A stretch of DNA of 62,283 nucleotides, the filler included, from Dugesia japonica (Eukaryota), in NCBI GenBank assembly GCA_001938525.1. It is 5 parts of 5 records of this genome, joined end to end, with 100 filler letters (N's around TTAATTAATTAA, not from the genome) between each part and the next. Parts side by side here need not be neighbours in the genome. Positions count along the whole stretch, not along the records: positions 1 to 21,632 come from MQRL01644189.1; positions 21,733 to 31,644 come from MQRL01648224.1; 3 more parts are not named here. One strand, 5' to 3'. Positions 11,950-25,215 of this stretch are shown here, piece after piece; positions within the stretch are counted from its first letter, which is position 1, and every line of letters begins with the position of its first letter. Both the position numbers and the translations under genes were made by a program. The notes below the pieces were generated by a model. It was not told the origin of the DNA. It searched no databases and was given only the letters and a program-made list of their open reading frames with translations.

Positions 11950-12988
11950 TTTTTTTATTTTCGAAAAAAGTTACCAAATCCGAGAGGACAGCTGAATATC
12001 TTCGTTAGGAAGCATTTTTCCCGAGACGATATTTAAACTTTACTTAGTCATTTTTTCCTCCTGAGTAAAATAATACAAAATTTGAAATTATACGAGGTAT
12101 GTATGCAGAGAAAATTTAGCACCAAATTCAAAATTTGAGATTTTTCACCACAAAAACCTATTTATTTCATTCCAGATAAACCTTGGCGATTTTAGGTTTA
12201 TATATTTGGAATCAGCAAAGAATTCTCTATCTAATATATATGATTATTTTATATAGATGAGAAATAATTTTTTCGAAAAATTTTTATTTGTGAAAAATAA
12301 TTTCCATCGAATTTTCCATCGATTGATGCAAAAATCTCGATAAAAATTTTTTTGAAAAATTTTCGAAATTTCGAATGTTCTCCAGGATTCCCATAAAAAT
12401 TTGATAAATATTTTAAAAATCTGAAAATTTAAACAAAAATGGCCTAATTTTATCAATTTACCATAAAAGTTTAAAATAATTTTAAAACTTAAAAATTTAA
12501 ACAAATTCGAATTTTCCACGAATTTCCATAAAACTTCAACCCAAATTGACCAATCTCGAGAAAATAATTGACCAAAAACACCCAAAATTTACCTAAACAA
12601 ACCAATCCCGAGAAAAATTAGACCAATTTCACCTAAATCTGTTAAAAATTGACAACATTTGACCCAATCACCCAAAAAAAACTACCCAAACTAAGCAATC
12701 ACGAGAAAATATTCGAACGAATTCACCTAGACCAACCAAAAATTGATCATATTTGACATAACCGAGAAAATTCCCAACCAAATTTACCTAAACCACCCTA
12801 AAATTGTCCAGATTCGATCTCACCGAAAAAATTACCAATTAAATACACATGAAAAATTCTACTCCTTAAAAAGCCTATAAAAAATTTCTCAACTTAATAC
12901 ACAATAAAAATAAAAATTACTGGATCACTTATGTAATAATCCAATTACATCAACGGGGGCGGAGAGTGATCCAGTGCGCTACTATACT
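11950..12988 (+). mobile_element. Polinton-type terminal/subterminal region (family B)
   Basis: ACCAATCCCGAGAAAAATT-type tandem units, ending CCAGTGCGCTACTATACT. Homologous blocks at ~27000-29123 and ~41690-42455. Confidence 0.7.
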
Positions 12989-13607
12989 ACAACTAATACT
13001 GATTTCGCAATTCTTTTTATTTTTCAATCCAGAAACAACAGGTTTTCCATTTTTAATCCCAACATTTAAATTTTCTTCAATTTCTTTTATTTTAATCTTT
13101 CCTTCATCAATAGTATTAAACTTTAATTTTATAGATATTGATGGAATATTTTTCAGAATCAATTGCTTATCAGATTCAATAACTGAAACTAATGGCTTCT
13201 TATTTTTGGTATTGATTAAATTGAATCCAAAGTTTTTTGCATCTGATAACGATTTAAACTCCATTTCTACTTGACAATCTGTTTTAAATATTACTTTTTT
13301 CATCGAAAAATATATACCAATTATATTTATTGATACGGACGGTATTATTAAGTTGAAGACTACCATTTACAATACTTAATTGAAATTTATCTTCAATTTC
13401 CATCACTTCTCTTATTTTATATTCAATTTTTTAACCTTTCCGTATAGTCTGTGGACAATAATTGAAAACAAATTCTGTCATGGTAACTTCCTAATGGCCA
13501 TCTTTTAAATTGATGGCATTTTCAAAGTCAACGGAATACTTGCTGGCATTATTATGAGGTCGAGTTCTTGGACAACTATTACTGGGCAAAACCATATTAA
13601 AACTCAT
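12989..13607 (-). pseudogene. Polinton minor capsid (penton) 5' part, truncated by a terminus
   Basis: MSFNMVLPSNSCPRTRPHNNASKYSVDFENAINLKDGH*EVTMTE matches the LPSNS...WEV.L.E penton N-terminus. Confidence 0.75.
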
Positions 13608-13615
13608 TATTGAAT

Positions 13616-14362
13616 TTAAGATGCTCGAATCCACGTAGGTTTTAAATAACCATGCCATTCAACTAGATATTGTTTATATTGGCCTTGACTTTTGATTTTT
13701 AGAATTGATTTGATTCGATATATACTCGATTTTTCCGGCAACACTTGTAATTCCTGCTCATAAAATTTACTTTGAATAATATTACTGTCTTCATCACGTT
13801 TTACATACATGACTATGGTTTGTCTCGTGTTGATTTCCGAAATTTGAAAGACTTCATAACTCCAGTTATTATCAAAGTTTTTAATGAATGGCGTAGTAAT
13901 AATTCGAGAAATCCGTACATGTTGTCCAATTTTATATTTTGGTTTTGGTTTTTATTGATGAAATACTGTACCATCATCTGTAACATCAACTGGTTTCTTT
14001 CCTCCTCCAATACCTCTATGTTTAGAATGGTTGCATGCATACATCATTTTTGGTAAAACATGTATCCATTTTTTGTTACCTTGTTTGGTAAAGAANTTGT
14101 TTAATCTAGTGCGTAGTGTTCGATTAAATCGCTCAACTAGAGCAGCCTTGTACTGAGAAAATACTGAATAGTGCAGTATACTATATTGTTTCAGTAATGA
14201 TTTGACCTGAGTATTGTAAAAATCTTTAGCCAAATAAGTTTGAATAGCTTTTGGATGAACATCTTTGAACATTGCCGTCAAAGCCAACAGCATATCTTTA
14301 CCAGATTTTCGTTTTACTGGAATCGCATGCGCAAATCGACTAAATACATCAACACATGTCAA
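13616..14362 (-). pseudogene. Polinton rve integrase with C-terminal chromodomain
   Basis: CVDVFSRFA, FYN, KAALVERFNRTLR and NHSKHRGIG; chromodomain YRIKSILK..YLVEWHGY...TWI. Confidence 0.9.
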
Positions 14363-14899
14363 AATATATCTATAATAATAAATTTTTCTTATAATATATT
14401 TAAATATTATGGTAATAATAATAATGATAATTATAATAATGATTAACGTTTAAAAGGTCATGATTAAATTGTGAAATTTTTCACGTTTAAAAATAATACG
14501 AGGCTCATCATTTTTCATTAATAAATTTAAAGGTTAGTGTGTAAAAGCTCATGCCAAAAGTGTGAAATTTCGTTGTGAAAAAAACATTTTAATTTTGGGA
14601 TTTCATATATAAATGCTCAATGCGCTACGCTTTAAAGTTTTTTTACGAACTCATATTTGTAGTGTAATAATTAACATGCTAATAAAAAAAATAATTATTT
14701 CATTTTTTACTTTTCGCACGTTTTAAACAAGTAATTAGGTGTGAAAAATCACACGTCAATAAAAAATAATTTAGTGTGAAAATTCTCACATTTAAAAAAC
14801 AATAAATAAATAAATGTAAAAGTCCATTGCTTACAATTAAAGTGTGAAATTTGGCTCTAAAGGTGTCAATTTTCACACTTATTGTTGTTTATATTTATT

Positions 14900-15410
14900 T
14901 ATACCTGTCAATCATCTGGGCTAAAAAGACCGTAACTACCTACTTATGTTGTATTTATATCAGAAGAATCAATCAATTTTACTTCTGCCAAGAATATTCC
15001 ACATAATTTCAACATATCGATTCCACCAATAAAACCAGGAGAAATACTTTCAACAACTAAAATTTCTTTCATCAAAGGTTTCTTTTTCCATAAAATTTGT
15101 ATAAGACATGATTCATGTTTAACTCAACTCCACCGACGAGATAGTTACAGGGAGTTGGTAAGAGATTTTTTCCATTTCGCTATCATCAATATCATGAATT
15201 TCATCTAAATTATTTATCTTGTTCACACTTTGCTCTTCGTCATGAATACATGATATTTTTCCATTTTGATGGCCGTTGGTAACCAAATAACAGTCTTTAA
15301 AATAATGACCATTTTTACCACAAATTAAACATTTATTTTTAAGCGGACCTTCATTTCGTCTATAACTCATATTACCACAACAAAAGCATACACCTTTTTG
15401 TAAGATTTCA
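14900..15410 (-). pseudogene. LTR retrotransposon gag zinc knuckles / protease fragment
   Basis: CFCCGNMSY (degenerate) and CLICGKNGHYFKDC CCHC knuckles. Confidence 0.6.
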
Positions 15411-16293
15411 TCACCTGAAGGTGCATTGATTGTAAAATTTCATTGCAATCATCTTCATTGCTCGTTGGCTTGATGAGAAAAATTCCTATTATTGCTCGAT
15501 TGTTAAAATGTTTTATATAATAAGTTTGATATGGTTTTCATGAAATTTAAGGATTCACAGATCTTTGAGTGCTGATATCTGACTTTTTGAGTTTTTGCGG
15601 GAATTTTAATAATTCATATGAATTTCATGAATTTATATGATTTATTATGGTTTATAAGGGTTTTATAATGGTATTTTATATGAGTTTTTATGAGGTTATA
15701 ATTGGTTTAACAATGTTTTATAGATGCTTTATACTGGTTTTAAGGACTTTATCGAATATTTCATTTATATTTAAGTGTTTATTGAGTTTACATGAATTTT
15801 TAGGGTTTTTCGTTTTTATATAATGGTATTTCATATGAGGTTTTAATAGGTTTTACAAAGTTATATAAAGCTTTTATACATGCCTTAAGGATTTCATCGA
15901 ATATTTCATGATTTTTTAGGGTTTTATGAGTTTATTTATAAATATTTTATAGTTGTAGTACATATGATAGTTTTATGTTTGTTACGTGAGTTTTTATTAT
16001 TTTCCGTAGATTTCCTAATAAATATCTCTATTTAAATGTCTAATAATAATTATAATAATATTAAACGTGTAAATTAAAATACTAATTAAAGTAATTATAT
16101 TAAAAATATTATGAATATTGATGTTTGTTTAATCGCATCAATTTAATTAATTAATTAAAATTAGGGTATAAACAAAAGACGTCCAGGCTTTAATTTTTAT
16201 AATTTAAATCGAAAAAAGTAGGTTACGTTTCTTTAAATGAATGATTTAATTTAATTGTATTTTTAGATTATAAGTAATCAAATTAATAATAAA

Positions 16294-19200
16294 ATGACTA
16301 GCAAAATGAACAACAGTATGAGCATGAACTCGATGAAGAGAAAAATCAATAATGTAATTATGATTTTTTAATTAATTAATTATATTTAATTTGATTTTTT
16401 TAGATTGAAAACCGTGGAAATAATAAGAGAAGAAGAATAACAATGATTATATTCGCAAATCCGATTTCAAAGAAGTATAAATCAGTCTCCAATTCATGGT
16501 GAAGAATTCAGAAATGAAATCTGTTCAAATTCCAGAGAATGTGAGGAATAAAGTTGAAGAAGAAGTTAAGAAATTCAAACATTATAAGGTGCAATTTGGA
16601 ATCGATGTTGAATGGTCGTGGTCACATAAGACTATAGGATACTCAAATGAATTTATGGATAAAATACAAGAAAAAGCAAATGCTGAAATTTCAATGCATT
16701 CAGAACTAAGCAATGGATGGAAGATTAGCAGAATATTAGAGCTACGATTTAATTTGACGAAATATGTAAAGGTAATTTATCCATATGGTCTATCATTCAT
16801 TCAGAGTCCTGCAGCATTACGTCGATTCAAGGCAATAATTAATGTTAATAATAAAGACAACAAATGTTTCATATATAGCATACTTGTAGTGCTTAAGTAT
16901 GATATAGTTAAGGATAATCGGGATAGACCGCAAAAATATAACAGTTTCTTAAACGAATTAGTATATGATGAGCAGAAGATGTCAATAAAGCTCATTAACA
17001 TTCCAGAATTTGAAAACAAAAATAATTTATCAATCACTGTGTTTAAATGTAATCAAACTATTGATAAAGAAGAAAATGAAATTTTATATAAAAACCCATA
17101 TGTGGATATCATTTTCAGAAAAAAAAATCTCAAATGGACTCCCTGTAACTTTACTAATTTTTAAAATCATCAAGAGTTTTATTATACTGCAGTGGTAAAT
17201 TTAGATCGATTGCTAAATTTACACGGTCAAACACAAAAAATTTAAATTAGAAGAAAATAGTGTATCAAGTGTTTACATAGATTTTGGACACAATCAACAT
17301 TCGATCGTCATGTAGCTCTATGTACCTCAAATACTGAGAAAACGACCTGATATAAAATGCCCGAAGAAAAAGAATTAAAATTCAAAGATTACGGAAAAGC
17401 AATAACCCCAGCTTTCGTAATATATGCAGATATTGAAGCTGTTCTTGCATCAGAAAAATCTAGTCTAGTAAAACATATGCCAATAGCTGTAGGGCTTTTC
17501 TTAATACCGTTATTGGAAACAGCTATAAAATGTAAGTACTATTCATTTTCTGTTACTAACTGTATGGTTGAGTTTTTACAAAGTATTGATAAGTTGTCGA
17601 AGAATGTAGTAACCCTTTGGTATAAAAAACATATGTGTTCAGAAATGAACTTGACAGCAACAGATCAAGAAGCCTTTACAAAAAGCACACTATGTTATAT
17701 GTGTGGAAACAATAAAAACAATCTGGTTCGTGATTATGATCACTATAATGAAAAATACCTTGGAGCTGCATGTAATCAGTGTAATTTATCACGCAAGGTC
17801 ATGTTTCATAACTTTAAGGGTTATGATTCACATCACATTATTAAATATGCACTCAACCAATTTTCATAATAGGATCTAAATCCAATTGCACAATCAACTG
17901 AAATGTTTTTAGCAATGTTTACACGTGTTGGAAATCATCTTTCAATAAGATTTATTGATTCATTCCAGTTTCTAAGTTCCAGTTTATCAACATTGACAAA
18001 ACCCTTGAAAGCTGGCCAATAAAATCAACTGAATTTCTACATGGACAACAAAACAAGGGTATACTCCCTTACAAATTTGCAACTTCATATGAAATGCTTA
18101 TAAATCGAACCAAATTACCACCACAATGTTCAGAAACAACAAGTGGAGAATATGAAGTTAGAAATATACTTGTTGGCAGATGTCTTTCAAACATTTCGTA
18201 AAAAGCACTTAAAGAGCATAATTTAGGGCCTCTACAATTTGCTTAATTGCCAGGGTTGTGTTGGCCAAGTGCTCTCAAGTCAATGAATATATCAATTGAA
18301 TTACTCCAAGATGCTGAAATGCATCGTCTATTTAAGTTAGGAATTCGTGAAGGAATGACTTTTGTGAACAAACATTATGTCCAGACAGATAAGAATACCT
18401 GCTTGAAATTGATCTTGAAATACCTATCAAACATCATGATAGATTAGATCAATTACCTTTGGCTCCAGAACATAAATATCCACCTGAATCGAAAGTTAAG
18501 AAGTTATTGATGACACATTAACCAAAACGACATTATATCATATATTGGAAATTATTGGAATTATATATAAAGCTTGAAGCTCCTGTGACGACAGTGCATA
18601 GAATAATACAGTTCAAACAAACAGAAATATTCGCGAATTATATTAATGTAACTTCTGTGAGAAGAGCGGAATCAAAGTCCAAATTTGAAAAGGATTTCTA
18701 CAAACTAATAAATAATGCACTATATGGTAAGACAGTGACGAATTTAAAGAATCGCATTAATCTTCGGCTATGTAATAATGAGAAGAAATTTGTGACTTAC
18801 ACTAGTAAAATTACATTAAAAAAACAATGGATATCGCAGAAGGGCTCGAGGCTGTATTGCTAGAAAAAGATACTATATGTCTAGATAGACCGAGTTACAT
18901 TGGTCAAGTTGTTCTAGATTTGAGTAAATTGCGAATGTATAGGCTCCAATATGCAGAGTTAGAAAAATATCGACAACAATTTCATTGTGAAATTGATATA
19001 ATTGCCGGCGATACTGACAGTCTTTTCTTATCATTTACCGGAGTAGATAAAAACCAATTCTTGTCTCTGATGAAATCGGATGGTCTGGTGGATATAAGAA
19101 ATTACCCAAAAGATCATCCACTCTATTCCAGCAATGTGGCTAACAAAATTGGATTGTTTAAAGATGAAGGAGAAGGTAAAGATTATACTTAATTGGTATT

Positions 19201-19533
19201 CCTTAAGCCCAAATGTTATAGTTTAAAGAAAGAAGATGCTAGTACAACAATAAAGGCAAAAGAGGTCAGTTTGAAACAACCAGATATCAATCATCAAAAC
19301 TATTTAAATGCGTACAGTACAGATAGATATGGAGAAGAAGAACCAGACAAAATTATGCAGACTAGCTTCCAGTTAATAAATCATAAAATTTTATTAAAAT
19401 AGTGAGTATGGAAAGTGTATTGTCTTGCCGGGATGATAAGAGCATTTGGAAAAAAAGAAATAATAGTATGGCTTATGGTCATCACAAAATTAATAACGAA
19501 GAAGAAGAAGGCGATGAAATGATGATTATTTGA
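16294..19533 (+). pseudogene. Protein-primed family B DNA polymerase (pPolB) pseudogene
   Basis: SNGW, NKCFIYSIL (vOTU-like), YADIEA, DYDHY..GAACNQCN, FHNFKGYDSH, KLINNALYGK, GDTDS, KPKCY and DDK. Many frameshifts; putative 5' intron at 16354-16403. Confidence 0.92.
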
Positions 19534-21632
19534 CAATTTCTTTTATGATTTTGTATTTATATGGGGAAATAAATGTTTTTATATATTGGTTTGTTTTTAT
19601 TTATTGATTGTGTATATATTATTAATAAGGAAAGAAATATTTATTGCTGTAGTTTTTATAAAAGCATAATGACTCTTTAGATTAGTTCATAATGATAATA
19701 ATATTAAGAAATATGTATTCTTTGGCGTGAAAATATTTAATTGGTAATATATATTTCATTGTAGTTAAAAGACAAATTGTAAATAATCATAAAATAATAT
19801 TAATGATAACATATAATATGATTTAGTAATTCTGTATTATTTTATGTAATGTTGAATTCTATAAAGGTGAATATCTAATAGATTAAATGTGACGCTTGTT
19901 ATGTGTGCATTGATTATGTAATATAATCAATTTCGTAAGTAAGCCAGTGTGTATGCATCCCTCTACTTATATTACATATTGTATTAAATTATATTATATN
20001 NNNNNNNNNNNNNNNNNNNNNNNNNNNNNNNNNNNNNNNNNNNNNNNNNNNNNNNNNNNNNNNNNNNNNNNNNNNNNNNNNNNNNACAAGCACAAATGTT
20101 TTATGTTTCTGCAAATAAAGTCCAAGAAGATTTAAAAAGAAATAATAGAAAAGTAACTCACTTATAAATTAACTTCATTGTTTATTATAATAACTTTCAG
20201 AAATTGATCATTATCATTCTGGTAGTAGTTCTTGTTTTAATTATAATCGGAAGTATGGATAATATGTTTGATAATTTTTTAAATAAATTTATTAAAATAT
20301 TAGTGGATAATTTAAAAAAGTTAATTTACACCAATTATTTCTAATTAACTTAACGAAATTAAACTAATAAGATTTAATTAATTGAAAGAGTTAAAATTTT
20401 TATTAAATTTAATGTAAACATTTTTTAGATTTTAAATATATAAAAAAATAAAACTTATTTATTTTAAAAAAATAAAATTATTAATTAATTATTATTAATT
20501 TAATTAACATGAACAGAAAATTAATACTCTTACTTCCAAAAGAATATAAATATTGCTTAAATAATTGTATTTATAATAACCGTTTATCCTGAGGGAACAT
20601 TAATTACCTAGACATTTAATCCTCATTCTCCGAAATATTTATTCATTCTTTATTTATTAACCTACTTATATTTAATTTACAAAACTAGTTTTTTTTGAAA
20701 ATATAGTAAACGAATCTTTAGAATACACCGAGTACATTAATGTAATGTTAATGCAGTGTATTCTATATTTAATATCAACACATAAATCAAAGTAAAATAT
20801 TGCACAAAAGCACCATTCTACATAATAAATTAATTTAAAATAGCATAAAATTCAATAATAAATTTTAGAAAATATTAAATTATATTTTAAAACTAAACCT
20901 TTTACTATTTTTTAGAATTAGTAAAATTTAATATAATCAATGTTTCCGAAATTAATATTTTCAATTGTGTATTCTAGAATTTGAATATACAAGAATTTGT
21001 GTATACAAGAATTTCTATCAAGANNNNNNNNNNNNNNNNNNNNNNNNNNNNNNNNNNNNNNNNNNNNNNNNNNNNNNNNNNNNNNNNNNNNNNNNNNNNN
21101 NNNNNNNNNNNNNNNNNNNNNNNNNNNNNNNNNNNNNNNNNNNNNNNNNNNNNNNNNNNNNNNNNNNNNNNNNNNNNNNNNNNNNNNNNNNNNNNNNNNN
21201 NNNNNNNNNNNNNNNNNNNNNNNNNNNNNNNNNATTTTCTCACTTTAGTATTTGCTTTCCTAATAGCAAAAAACATAATATAGCAGGTAGTTATTTTTGA
21301 ATATTTATTTTGAAATTTTTATAGAAGTCTCAATTACAAATCGAAAACAGATGAAGTTTGTTCAAATGATTTCACTGTGATACAAATTATACAATTATTT
21401 TTTTTAAAAACAATTTTTTTTGATATTATTTTTCTATTTTAAACAATTTGAATTAATAAATTAAAATTAAAAATATTATTTTAACAATAATATTTATAAT
21501 TTCATTTTTATACTGATTAAATTTATGAATATTTCACCGAAGTTTGTAAATAGCATTTTGGTACATCTGTAATTTTTAGTATATTATAACTCAAACCATT
21601 AAGGCCTGTCGTATATAAATATATATATATAT

Positions 21633-21732
21633 NNNNNNNNNNNNNNNNNNNNNNNNNNNNNNNNNNNNNNNNNNNNTTAATTAATTAANNNNNNNNNNNN
21701 NNNNNNNNNNNNNNNNNNNNNNNNNNNNNNNN
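21633..21732. other. Artificial contig spacer
   Basis: 44 N + TTAATTAATTAA (stops in all six frames) + 44 N. Confidence 0.95.
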
Positions 21733-21819
21733 AGGTAGACGCTATTGTAGATAGAGTATTAGCGCATCAATGGACAAAAGAAGAACTTCGTAAAGAATTG
21801 CTGTTTTAAATGAATTTGT

Positions 21820-22640
21820 TTGTTTAATCACCTTTGTTATGAAATATATTATTTTACAACTCAAGTGTTAATTTTTATGGAAACAAATAACAAAATAAAA
21901 GATTCTGAGGAAACTACTTACATGGCTAATGTTAATTTAATACATGATTTAGATAATATTCAAAATTCTACAACTAGTGAGAAAATTCAAAGAGCAATAG
22001 TAAAACTTGCAATGAAGGGAAAAATAATGTAAGGTTCTGGTAATGAAAGAAGTAATACAGCTTTAGCTAAAGTTAACGCTTCTGTTGATAATGTAGACCA
22101 ACGGATCCAAGAATTACATAAAACATTTATTAAAAGAAAAGAAAACTGGCTCAAAGTAAAAATATTTTACAAAGATGAAACATGGTCAGTTGATTTAATG
22201 TTTTTAGGTCCATGTACTTGTTATGACAGAAAACCTAAAGCAAATATCCCTGTTTTAATAATTATAGATTTATACACTAGATTTGTTTTTTTACAAGTTC
22301 ATAGAAATTATATTTGAAACAAATAATAGAACACCAGTAAATTTATGGGTTGATCATGGAAAAGTATTTTACAATAAAGTATTTATGGAATTTTGTAAAG
22401 ATAATGACATTAATTTGTATTCTACTTCTTTAGAAACTGAACTTCAAGGTAAAGCAGTTTTTGCTGAAAGTGTGATAAGAACATTAAAAAGAGAATTATA
22501 CAAAATCTTTTCATGTCAAAAGAATCAAAAATGGGATGAAGAAATGTTACAAGATTTAGTTTAAGATTATAATAATTCCGTACATAGTAGTATAAAAATT
22601 ACACCTCAACAAGCTTCTGACAATCTTCAACTTTTAATAG
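21820..22640 (+). pseudogene. Polinton integrase with an upstream in-frame PLA2X-like segment
   Basis: ANVNLIHDLDNIQN..EKIQRAIVKLAMKGKIM*GSG continues in frame into ELHKTF..DETWSVDL and IIDLYTRF. After a frameshift it gives WVDHGKVFYN, AESVIRTLK and YNNSVHSSIKITP. Confidence 0.82.
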
Positions 22641-22719
22641 AAAAAACTATTAATTGGAATAATACAAATAAAGATTTCTCTGTCATGTGTTGCATTTATT
22701 AAAATATATATGAAAGAAC

Positions 22720-23360
22720 AGCAAAGATCGGGGTCTTTGTGAAATTTTCATGATAAAATATATGAAAAAAAACTAAAGAAGGGAGTCTTTGTGATATTAT
22801 CATGATACAATATTCTAATAAAAGTTCAAAAAGGGGAGTCTATGTGATATTTTCATGATAAAATATAACTATATTTTTATAAAACGTCAAAGAGGGAAGT
22901 CTTTGTGATATTATCAGTATAAAATATATGAAAAATAAAAACGAGGTGAGTCTTTGTGATATTATCGTGATACCATATTCTAATAAAAGGTCAAAGAGGG
23001 AAGTCTNNNNNNNNNNNNNNNNNNNNNNNNNNNNNNNNNNNNNNNNNNNNNNNNNNNNNNNNNNNNNNNNNNNNNNNNNNNNNNNNTATTCAAAATAATC
23101 AAAGAGGGGAGTCTTTGTGATATTTGCATGATAAAATATTTCAACAAAGTTCAAAGAGGGGAGTCTTTGTGATATTTACCTGATAAAATATATGAAAAAA
23201 TTCATAATGGGGAGTCTTTGTGATATTTTCATGATAAAATATAACTATATTTTAATAAAACGTCAAAAAAAGAAGTCTTTGTGATATTTTCATGATAAAA
23301 TATAACTATACTTTAATAAAACGTCAAAAGGGGAGTCTTTGAGATATTTATATGATAAAA
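22720..23360. repeat. Tandem array, ~50-60 bp unit (AAAGAGGGGAGTCTTTGTGATATTTTCATGATAAAAT)
   Basis: About 10 visible units; an inverted single unit lies at ~7320-7353. Confidence 0.9.
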
Positions 23361-23429
23361 TACTGAAATTAAACTTTTTCTTTCCAAGACGATAAAAACA
23401 TAGTACTTGTTTCATAAAAAAACATTAAC

Positions 23430-24210
23430 TAGGTAATTTTCTATAAAAAAAGCATATTAGTGTTGCAATTTCTAATAAAAAGTATCATTAGTGTTGCAAT
23501 TTTTGATACAAAATCTCATAAGTGTTGCAATTTTTAATAAAAAGTCTAATTAGTGTTGCATATAATTTTACAAAATCTCATTAGTGTTGCAATGTTAAAT
23601 AAAAAGTATCATTAGTGTTGTAATTTTTGATACAAAATCTCATAAGTGTTGCAATGTTTGATACAAAATCTCATAAGTGTTGCAATGTTTAATAAAAAGT
23701 ATTATTAGTGATGCAATTTTTAACAAAAAGTATCATTAGTGTTGCAAGTTTTAATAGAAAGTTTAATTAGTGTTGCTATTTTTAATAAACAGTCTCATTA
23801 GTGTTGCAATTTCTAATTAAAAGTCTCATTAGGGTTGCAATTTTTAATGAAAAGTCTCATTAGTGTTGCATATAATTATACAAAATCTCATTAGTGTTGC
23901 ATGTAATTATACAAAATCTCATAAGTGTTGCAATGTTAAATAAAAAATCTCATTAGTGTTGCAATTTTTAATAAAAAGTATCATTAGTGTTGCAATTTTT
24001 GATACAAAATCTGAGAAGTGTTGCAATTTCTAATAAAACTCATTAGTGTTCCAATTTCTAATTAAAAGTCTCTTAGGGTAGCAATTTTTAATTCAAAATC
24101 TCATTGGTGTTGCATTTTTTAATTAAGTGTCTCATTAGTGATGCATTTTTTAATAAAAAGTATCATTAGTGTTGCAATTTTTAATTAAAAATCTCATAAC
24201 CTATGCAATT
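23430..24210. repeat. Minisatellite, ~31 bp unit (ATTAGTGTTGCAATTTTTAATAAAAAGTCTC)
   Basis: More than 20 head-to-tail units without spacers; related units at 420-525 and (inverted) 7150-7260. Confidence 0.92.
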
Positions 24211-24968
24211 TTCCATTAAAACATATTGAAAATGAAACCTTCCAAAATAAAACATATTAGTCATGCAATGTTTCTATAAAAAAAAACATTTTACTAGTGA
24301 CAATGTGTCTATAAAGAAGATATTAGTCATGAAATGTTTCTATAATAAACAAATATGTAGTGACAATTTTCTATGCAAAATGATAAAAAAAAACATAAAA
24401 AGTTTCCATGTATATGGCTAATAAGCCTATATAAAAAAGACGTATAAGTAAATATTTTGCTATCTATATAAGGTTTATGAGTGTTATATTTACATAGTGA
24501 TCTTGTATTATTTACAAAAAACAACCATGAAATAATCGGTTTATGAGTGTATTATTGTCTTAGGTACCGTGTAATATTTACCTAACAACCATTTAATATA
24601 TGGTTTTTGTGTGTATTATTTACAAAGCAACCGTTTATTATAAGGTTTTGATTCTTTTATTTACATATTAACCGTGTAATGTATTGTTTTCGGGTGTATT
24701 ATTTGGTTAGATACTATATAATATTTACATAACAAACGTTAAATATATGGTTTTTTATATTTTTTACACAGCAACCATGAAATATAAGGTTTATGAAATA
24801 CAAGACTTATGAGAGAATTATTTACATAGCAAATGTGTAATATAAGGTTTATGATGGTATTGTATACATAGAATAATTTGATTATCATTTTTTTTATCTT
24901 GATTTAATTTAATTTATTTATAATTTAAATCCATCAAAACCCTAATGTTCCTCTTTAATTCATTAATT

Positions 24969-25215
24969 ATGATAACCAATATTAATTACAGAGGTGAAGT
25001 GATGCTAGAAATAACAAAGAAAATAAACTTTCCTACAGACAAACCATGTCAATTTAGAGTCAAAAGTGGTAAATTTACAATTATTTACATCAGATGAAAA
25101 AAATGTAGAATAATGATTTGTAAGAAACCATTGAACCCACATGATTTGAACCCGATGATATAAAAAATTTACAATTTCAATAGCTATTTATTGTCGTAAA
25201 TATGAGAGTATTGCT
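24969..25215 (+). pseudogene. Second TBP-like copy (5' part)
   Basis: MITNINYRGEVMLEITKKINFPTDKPCQFRVKSGKFTIIYIR*KKCRIMICKKPLNPHDLNP; homologous to 2490-2733. Confidence 0.75.

Noticed and set aside
2282-19533. Alternative genetic code or programmed read-through explaining in-frame stops
   Set aside because: All three stop types plus frameshifts occur, while the intact element and host exons read in the standard code; this is ordinary decay.
21677-21688. Recurrent TTAATTAATTAA palindrome as a biological site
   Set aside because: It is always embedded in exactly 44+44 N, so it is an assembly spacer.
23430-24210. CRISPR-like regular ~31-bp repeats
   Set aside because: Units are head-to-tail with no unique spacers, no cas genes are present and the context is eukaryotic; it is a minisatellite.
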